DNA of 64,000 bases from Promethearchaeota archaeon (GTDB taxonomy: Archaea; Asgardarchaeota; Thorarchaeia; Thorarchaeales; Thorarchaeaceae): NCBI GenBank assembly GCA_014728035.1, contig WJMJ01000034.1:1-64000 (forward strand), in the 5' to 3' direction. A program made the translations under genes and the position numbers. Under the pieces are notes generated by a model. It saw only the letters and a program-made list of their open reading frames with translations. It searched no databases and was not told the origin of the DNA. This document shows, piece by piece, positions 57,462 through 64,000 of this stretch. The first letter of the stretch is position 1. Every line of letters starts with the position of its first letter.

Positions 57462-60400
57462 TAGTCCATCCCTCCAATTTGGTCAATTAGAGCTTCGACC
57501 TCAGCCTTTGATAGCTCTTTGGCTTGTTCAATCATAATTTCAACCTCTGATTCACTAATTCCCATTTTTCGTAGTTTTTCTCGAAGATCATCTAGTTCAG
57601 CATCAGTAAGTTTCTGTTCAACATCTTCATCAGCAGATTCAGCAGCTGTTTCCTCAGCTAACTCCTTTGCACGACGAGAACGTTCTTGTCGAATAACCTC
57701 AGAGATGAAGCCAGCCCGTTCACTTGGTCGCATTGCTTCCAAATTTATTCTCAACGTTTGGATATCATCCTCAGTTAGACCAACAACTGTAGCTAGTTCA
57801 TGAAGAAGCTCCTCAACATCAAGAATCTCTACTTGGATTGTTGAACGCGATATATCATCAGATGTTTTTATGATACCAACCGGCACCAGATCTTGATTCA
57901 TCATAGACAGAAGCATTTCCCTTCTATCTGAGGTGTCGTAGGGTTCTGGTATACCACCCTTTGAGATTGTGTTGATCATTTTCTGAATCTTTCTAACTTG
58001 TTTTGGAACAGATAGAACCCGGATATACACAGCAGCTAGAATCGCAAATCCAATAACTGCGATGGCAATATTTCTGAATCCAGTTACAAGAGCCTGTTGT
58101 TCTGGAGGAATTTCAGAAAATATCACAATATTGACAGTTTGAGATTCGTAATCATTCAAACTCATTGTGACTGTGAGTTCATAAGTTGCTACACCAGGTG
58201 GAATGAAGGCAAATACATACGTACCATTACCATAATCAATCTCTCGGTCTAGTATTCGTGTAAGCCCTGGATTTGTTGTTGCATTATTTGCATTAGGAAT
58301 TGCAGTAGCATGATCGAGGTCGTAATAGGTAACTCGAACAAATAGGATGTTTCCAGCAAATACAGATGGAGGTAGCGGCTCATAGGTCAACTCTGTTGCT
58401 ATTTCTCTGATTACAAGATTCAGAATTATCTCTGTTTGACTATAATTCAATTTGCTGATAGAAATCCTCACGCGATATGGCTCATCTTTTATTTCTAGTC
58501 TGTCAATACCTGTTGCACTAGGACTGAAAACATAAGTTCCATTTCCAAGGTCTTCTAGGATAGCATTACCAAACTCCCAGATTGCTGATGCAGTTGCCCC
58601 AGAGATCAACTCATCATGAAGACTGTCAAGATAATCAAATGAAACTGAGTAATCATCACCAACAGGATAGGTTATCTCTTCTGGTCCATCGATAGTTGTA
58701 CTGATTGGCTTCACGATTAATTTGACATTTGTAAAGGCATAGGCATGATTATCTTTCCTCATGGTAATCGATATTCTTCTTGCGCTACTACCTGCGATTA
58801 CAATCGATGAGTTTAAGGTTAGTGAATAATTTCCACCACCTTCATTTACCAATAATCCCGAAAATCCTTCAAATACAAAATTCGTAGTAGCATTATCTAT
58901 CCCAATGTTCGAATGAGTATTATTGTAATAAAGTGTGAATGTTGCATTTTCACCATGAAATACAGTAAGCAATGCTGGCCCAATAATTTCAATTTTCGTT
59001 GGTATTGGTGTGACATCCAAAGTCACTTCAATAGAAGCTGGTTGGTAACCTGACTGACTGCTAGAGACTGTCAATATCCATTCACTAATAGCAATTGAAC
59101 TGGTTGGAACCATTGCAGAATACCAACCATTTCCTAATTCAGTCATATTGCCAACAATCGTTCCAACGCTGTATGTGAGTGTTGAATTAAGGACTGGAAG
59201 GTTAAGGTCAGTATTATTAAGGTATACAGTCACATTGACCTCATCACCATAGACTGCAGGGAGGACGGAGATGTCATTAAGAACAGATAATTCCGTCGAT
59301 GCTTCACTAACTTCAATAGTTAATTGAGTTGTGACAGTTTTGTAATTTGTAGATGATGCGGAAACCTGGACTTGGTGAGATCCAACAGTTACACCTGAAA
59401 TAGTAAATTGCCCAACATATTTTGATTCGATTGCATTCCAAAAGATTTGTCCAGCCCCTCCAGTCCAGGTATATGTTACAATGCCAGAAGAAATTGGAGA
59501 TGAATCGGACTGAATCACATACTCAACTTCTACAGTTACTGTTTGACCATTGACAGTAACATATGAATCTAGGTCTGCATTAATTGATGTACTGACTTTT
59601 GCAATTTTTATCTGGAAATCTCTTTGTCTGCTCTCATGATTCAGTAAGGAGGATGAGAAAGTAATCGAATACTCTCCCGCATTGAATGAGGAAGAGAGAA
59701 GTGTTCTATTATAGATACCAGGTGCAACTTCGATTAAATCATAGTACTGGCCACTTATGGTCATGTTCACACTAGCATTGATAATCGCTGAACCGTCACG
59801 AGCATCGGTCAGATTGACCGAGAACTCCATTGATTCGCCCCATATCGGTTCCGTAGGAGTAGCATCTATATCCATTAAAACAGGTACTGGTGCTAAAATA
59901 ATATCAGCTAGTATTGTTCTGTTAACATGCAAGTATTTCTCAGCAGTAAGTGAGAAGCTGTAGATTTCTGCATCGAGCCCAGTCGTTTCAATAGTTATAT
60001 TGTAAATTCCATCACCTAACTCAATAATGGTTATTGAGGTGCCATACAAAGAGTTCCAGTTTGATTGAATATCAGCAGCCTCAATCCCATCACCAGAGAT
60101 TTGATTGATAAAAGTTAGATTTCCAATAATAATATCACCAAGATAGTTGGTAGACTCGTCAGATACTGCAAATGATAAAGTGGTTGACACCGGATTTACA
60201 ATGATTGTAAACCGTAATAATGTCTTATTTTGATAATACGGAGTACCTGTCCAAGAGAAGTTTGCATAGAAGATAAATCGACCCAGAGTAAGTAATTTCG
60301 TGGTATTGATCTTCACACCATATGTACCATCGAAATTGTTGATAATCCAATATTGAATTGGAGTTATATTGCTACAAGAAATACTAACAGACGCATTTTC

Positions 60401-63400
60401 TATACCTATGCCATCAATATAATCACTGTAAGAAACAGTGGCAGTCGCATTCAAAGTGAAATATGCAGGAGGTGTCGAAAGCACCGCAACTTGAGTAGGT
60501 CTTGAAGTAATGGTTACTTCCGTACTGACTGTGGCGTTGGCATAGAAAGGTTCGATGTCGCTCCAATAAAACCTCACAGATATCTCATGACCAGACTCAA
60601 GTGTTGAAGTTAGAATTGTTGATAGAATTGAGATTGTATAGGTACCAGATGATCCGGTGAATGAGTACTGACTAGGTAAGATTTCCACACTGCCAATATG
60701 AGTCAGAATCAAACTGGACTTATTGATATCTATTGGAGAGTTCAATAGGGAATCAGTTATGGTAATCTGGAAACTTACATTCTCTCCAAATGGCGTATTT
60801 AGAGGTGACTTTGACACTATAAGAGATACGATTCTTCTTGAGACCTCAATGTTCACATCACGACTTCGGGATTGATAGAATGGACTTCCGGTATAGTCCG
60901 CGGTTACTGAAATTGTATAGGTACCGAAATTACCAAGAGCTTCAGTGTCAATACTAATCACGTAATACCCATCACCCTGGTCAACATACCAATAATTATC
61001 GTTTAGAACCAGCGTAGCTTCGGAACAGGTTGCTGAAATTGTAGTTCCAATAATGCCAGTTCCAGTGTTATCATCGGTATAATAAATGGTGATATTCGCA
61101 AGACTCAGGTATGGTGTGAGGTCAGGCAGCTCGCTTGTCAATTGCGCTCGCCGGTTTGTGATAGTTATGTAAAACAAGTCAGAAGCATCAGTAGCATATC
61201 GAGCCCCACCATAGATTGCATCCACAGATACGACGTAAGTACCTATGTTCCCAAATCCAGTAGTGTTGAGATGTAATGTGTATGTCCCATCACCATTATC
61301 AACGAAATAGTAGTATCCAGATAATGAGCTATTCAATGTTAGAATAGCATTATTCATTCCTAAAGATGTTCCATCATCTGTATCGGTATAAGTGAATAGA
61401 AGAGTCAGATTGTTCTGATATTGTATAGGTGAAAAGGTTCCATGAGTCAGTTCTGTATATCTTTCTCGAACATTTATCTGAACAGCAATAGAACTCTTAT
61501 TCTGATAGAATGGAGAGCCCACCCACGTTATATCAATGTGGAAAGTATAAGTTCCAGGAGTCCAAGAAGAAGTGTCCAATTCTATCTTGAATACTCCCGT
61601 AATATCGCCTTCATAGAATATCTGGTAAGTTATTGCTTCTTGAATTGAGATTATAAGCTTGGTACTATTTCTAATAGAATCATCAGACAGGACATCTTTG
61701 TAGACCAAGGTCAGATTCACCAATTCATCATAGGGAGTAACTGGTAAAGGATTCCATTCTGCAGTTGTCTGTCTATAGGTAGAGTAGACAGTAATGACAA
61801 TTGATTGATTCTCATACAGAGGTAACTCACCATTTGTCCAATTGAACATGATTCGGAGTTGACAACCAACTAATCCACTCAGTAGCGAGGTATTAAACTC
61901 AAAACGATATTCACCAGAATTGTTGAATGGATCTATTTCTGTGATTGTGAAATCAGACTGGGTTAGAGTTTCACCTGCAGTGAGAACAGTGATATAGATG
62001 TGAACATTTCCAGCGTAAGCTCCGGTTGAATTGACAATTCCAGTTGCGTTTGCAGTGTCATAATATATTATTGAGAATGAAAGGTCTTCTAGATATGGAG
62101 TCATGATAGGACTATCACCGATGAAGATATCTGTAGGAGTACTGGTGATAGTTACAGAGGTCTCAATAACCAAATCTTCATACTTTTCAGTGATTCCAGT
62201 CCAGAATATTTCAATTGTAAGATTTCGTTCTCCAATTGCACCCCATTGATCTGCAGGAACGAGAATGATATATTCGCCTGGATTTGACCCGTTAACAACT
62301 GAAAATGTGATTGGACTTCCATCACTAGTCACATTTATCAAGACTGCAAAATCATTCAATGTTCCATTTGTAATTCCAGCATCCACATCTGAATCATAAT
62401 ACAGCACGGTTGCTTCAACATTTGCGGTATATGGCGTTGGATCGATTGGATTGACAAGTTCAAAGGAAGTAAGATGCGTCCGTAATTCAACTGTAATACT
62501 GAAGGTATGATTTTGTGAACCGTATCGTTCTATATCGAATATAACAGTAAAGCTGCCAAGTGGGTCATCATTAAACGAAATTAGCTCGATAGTATATTCT
62601 CCTGGGGAGGTTTCAGTTACAGTGTAGTTCGTATCTCCCAAACTATGAAATTCAGTCCAATTGCAGGATATCTCACTCTCAGCAAATTGAATTGGTTCAT
62701 TTGCATCTGTATCGGTATAAGTCACCGTAAGAGTTCCAGTGTAACCTACAGGAATAGAAACGAAACTAGTTGACCTAATTACTGAAGTATGAACATCCCT
62801 GACTTGCACGGAAAGAAATATTGTTCGCGATTCACAGTAATCATTTGATGCAGTTATGTTCAAATCATATAATCCAAGAGATACTCCACTTGTGTTGAAA
62901 CTAATTTTGTAATACCCTGGTTGTCCAATGACAGGATCAACGTTATAGCTGCTGTATGTCCAGTTTGTGACAATGGAAGCACCAGTAATTGGCTGTCCAA
63001 GCTGGTCTTCATAGTAAACCTCCATTTCAGCAACATATCCACTTGGAATATTGATACCAGGTGCATCGTTCGAGAAGAACTCAGTCGTATAGATTACATT
63101 TAAGATGAATACCTCATTTACTGAATCGTAGTTATCCTTAGACCAATCTAGCTGAATTGGATATTGTCCATTTCCAGAGAGAAGAGTTGTGTCAAGTGAA
63201 ACACTGTATTCTCCAGTTCCCATATTACTAACAATTCCCGTACCTGCAGCCCAATCATAAGTCATGAATCCATCAGCGACTAACGTATCTGCATCTGTAT
63301 CATTTATCTGCAACTGCAATAACACAACATCACCATAAGTGACGTCCTTGCTCCAAGATGTTTCTGAACCAATTGGATATTTAACAAGCATCTCTGTACT

Positions 63401-64000
63401 ATGGTCGATTTCAAAAGACCGTCTGAAGAATCCTATATTATGAATTTCATTAGAGCTACTGATACCATCATTGACAACTGCTTGAACCTCCCAATTTCCA
63501 ACTGACGCATTATTCGCTTCGAGATAGACATAATCAGTTATAGCATAACCAGATGATACTGTAGCTGATAGAGAGTACCACAAACTATCTGAGGAGTCAT
63601 ACACATCAAATGTTACTAAATCACCCTCGTAAGTACTAGGAACAGATGCTCTGAAACGTGTTGGTTCGTTTGCTCGAAATGTTCTCGTAGTAGTCCACTG
63701 GGACTGAGTAGAATCCCAGACTTCCAAATTTGTTATCATATTTGGCGAATTACCTTTCAGTAACCAGAAACCATTCTGATATGTTGTAGTTATATCAAAA
63801 ACTGAAACATTTACTACTCCATCACCTGGTTGTCCTTGATTCCATCCACTGCTGAGATTGGTAGCTCTATCAAATGGCTCTGCGACAAAGGTAATGTCTC
63901 TGTTCAGAGGTGTTGATATATTGAAGGAATATTCAGGTTCATACCCATCTGGAACTGCAGCATAGTAGTTTGTAGTCCACTTTACGTTAGAAGCATTAGT
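57461..64000 (-). CDS. Giant Ig-repeat single-pass membrane protein, paralog of 49572..57461, 5' end beyond the window
   Basis: The frame stays open from 63739 to 64000 (TNASNVKWTTNYYAAVPDGY...SPNMITNLEV), aligning with YFYADIPDGY...SPNMITDIEL of the paralog. Same repeats, TM and cytoplasmic domain. Its TAA overlaps the ATG of the downstream gene (TAATG). Confidence 0.9.
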   Translation of the reverse strand, partial: TNASNVKWTTNYYAAVPDGYEPEYSFNISTPLNRDITFVAEPFDRATNLSSGWNQGQPGDGVVNVSVFDITTTYQNGFWLLKGNSPNMITNLEVWDSTQSQWTTTRTFRANEPTRFRASVPSTYEGDLVTFDVYDSSDSLWYSLSATVSSGYAITDYVYLEANNASVGNWEVQAVVNDGISSSNEIHNIGFFRRSFEIDHSTEMLVKYPIGSETSWSKDVTYGDVVLLQLQINDTDADTLVADGFMTYDWAAGTGIVSNMGTGEYSVSLDTTLLSGNGQYPIQLDWSKDNYDSVNEVFILNVIYTTEFFSNDAPGINIPSGYVAEMEVYYEDQLGQPITGASIVTNWTYSSYNVDPVIGQPGYYKISFNTSGVSLGLYDLNITASNDYCESRTIFLSVQVRDVHTSVIRSTSFVSIPVGYTGTLTVTYTDTDANEPIQFAESEISCNWTEFHSLGDTNYTVTETSPGEYTIELISFNDDPLGSFTVIFDIERYGSQNHTFSITVELRTHLTSFELVNPIDPTPYTANVEATVLYYDSDVDAGITNGTLNDFAVLINVTSDGSPITFSVVNGSNPGEYIILVPADQWGAIGERNLTIEIFWTGITEKYEDLVIETSVTITSTPTDIFIGDSPIMTPYLEDLSFSIIYYDTANATGIVNSTGAYAGNVHIYITVLTAGETLTQSDFTITEIDPFNNSGEYRFEFNTSLLSGLVGCQLRIMFNWTNGELPLYENQSIVITVYSTYRQTTAEWNPLPVTPYDELVNLTLVYKDVLSDDSIRNSTKLIISIQEAITYQIFYEGDITGVFKIELDTSSWTPGTYTFHIDITWVGSPFYQNKSSIAVQINVRERYTELTHGTFSPIQYQNNLTLLFTYTDTDDGTSLGMNNAILTLNSSLSGYYYFVDNGDGTYTLHLNTTGFGNIGTYVVSVDAIYGGARYATDASDLFYITITNRRAQLTSELPDLTPYLSLANITIYYTDDNTGTGIIGTTISATCSEATLVLNDNYWYVDQGDGYYVISIDTEALGNFGTYTISVTADYTGSPFYQSRSRDVNIEVSRRIVSLIVSKSPLNTPFGENVSFQITITDSLLNSPIDINKSSLILTHIGSVEILPSQYSFTGSSGTYTISILSTILTSTLESGHEISVRFYWSDIEPFYANATVSTEVTITSRPTQVAVLSTPPAYFTLNATATVSYSDYIDGIGIENASVSISCSNITPIQYWIINNFDGTYGVKINTTKLLTLGRFIFYANFSWTGTPYYQNKTLLRFTIIVNPVSTTLSFAVSDESTNYLGDIIIGNLTFINQISGDGIEAADIQSNWNSLYGTSITIIELGDGIYNITIETTGLDAEIYSFSLTAEKYLHVNRTILADIILAPVPVLMDIDATPTEPIWGESMEFSVNLTDARDGSAIINASVNMTISGQYYDLIEVAPGIYNRTLLSSSFNAGEYSITFSSSLLNHESRQRDFQIKIAKVSTSINADLDSYVTVNGQTVTVEVEYVIQSDSSPISSGIVTYTWTGGAGQIFWNAIESKYVGQFTISGVTVGSHQVQVSASSTNYKTVTTQLTIEVSEASTELSVLNDISVLPAVYGDEVNVTVYLNNTDLNLPVLNSTLTYSVGTIVGNMTELGNGWYSAMVPTSSIAISEWILTVSSSQSGYQPASIEVTLDVTPIPTKIEIIGPALLTVFHGENATFTLYYNNTHSNIGIDNATTNFVFEGFSGLLVNEGGGNYSLTLNSSIVIAGSSARRISITMRKDNHAYAFTNVKLIVKPISTTIDGPEEITYPVGDDYSVSFDYLDSLHDELISGATASAIWEFGNAILEDLGNGTYVFSPSATGIDRLEIKDEPYRVRISISKLNYSQTEIILNLVIREIATELTYEPLPPSVFAGNILFVRVTYYDLDHATAIPNANNATTNPGLTRILDREIDYGNGTYVFAFIPPGVATYELTVTMSLNDYESQTVNIVIFSEIPPEQQALVTGFRNIAIAVIGFAILAAVYIRVLSVPKQVRKIQKMINTISKGGIPEPYDTSDRREMLLSMMNQDLVPVGIIKTSDDISRSTIQVEILDVEELLHELATVVGLTEDDIQTLRINLEAMRPSERAGFISEVIRQERSRRAKELAEETAAESADEDVEQKLTDAELDDLREKLRKMGISESEVEIMIEQAKELSKAEVEALIDQIGGMD

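Noticed and set aside
63737-63739. ATG 63739 as the start of the second giant protein
   Set aside because: The frame is open to the window edge, the upstream peptide aligns with the paralog, and there is no signal peptide at this ATG.
1-64000. Selenoprotein (UGA read-through), diversity-generating retroelement, integrase or transposase
   Set aside because: No gene appeared truncated at a catalytic UGA, and no reverse transcriptase, TR/VR pair, recombinase or terminal inverted repeats were seen by eye. A computational scan was not possible.

Overview
AT-rich archaeal chromosomal window, most likely an Asgard archaeon of the Thorarchaeia type. This taxonomy is inferred from the archaeal-type ThrRS, several NosD/pectin-lyase beta-helix and Ig-repeat membrane proteins, an LRR protein, a 7TM-longin-like fusion and a degenerate Ras-like domain. 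No rRNA, tRNA, CRISPR array or transposase was seen. The left ~13 kb looks accessory: a truncated type IIG restriction-modification gene, an SDR epimerase and three beta-helix surface proteins. Top candidate for an undescribed system: one uncharacterised winged-helix-like domain (G[WL]RNKY...Y...G...G[GR]Q[KR][YF]xY) occurs three times within 5 kb, as a soluble protein, a membrane-tethered protein and the cytoplasmic tail of a beta-helix receptor. This suggests a ToxR-like transmembrane one-component signalling module. The middle carries housekeeping and metabolic genes (flavoprotein disulfide reductase, thrS, lysine/saccharopine dehydrogenase, threonine dehydratase, ppdK, a PLP enzyme, an acyl-CoA ligase alpha subunit). 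A co-directional run at 42-49.5 kb holds a pseudo-GTPase/Cys-cluster protein, a LOG-family protein, a PPP phosphatase, a DUF362-UbiA(DPPR synthase)-PHP-flippase cassette (putative lipid-linked pentose pathway) and an opisthokont-like TyrRS. The right end has two giant, translationally coupled Ig-repeat membrane proteins with a strongly conserved cytoplasmic tail; the second runs off the window. All calls come from manual motif reading; no database search was run.
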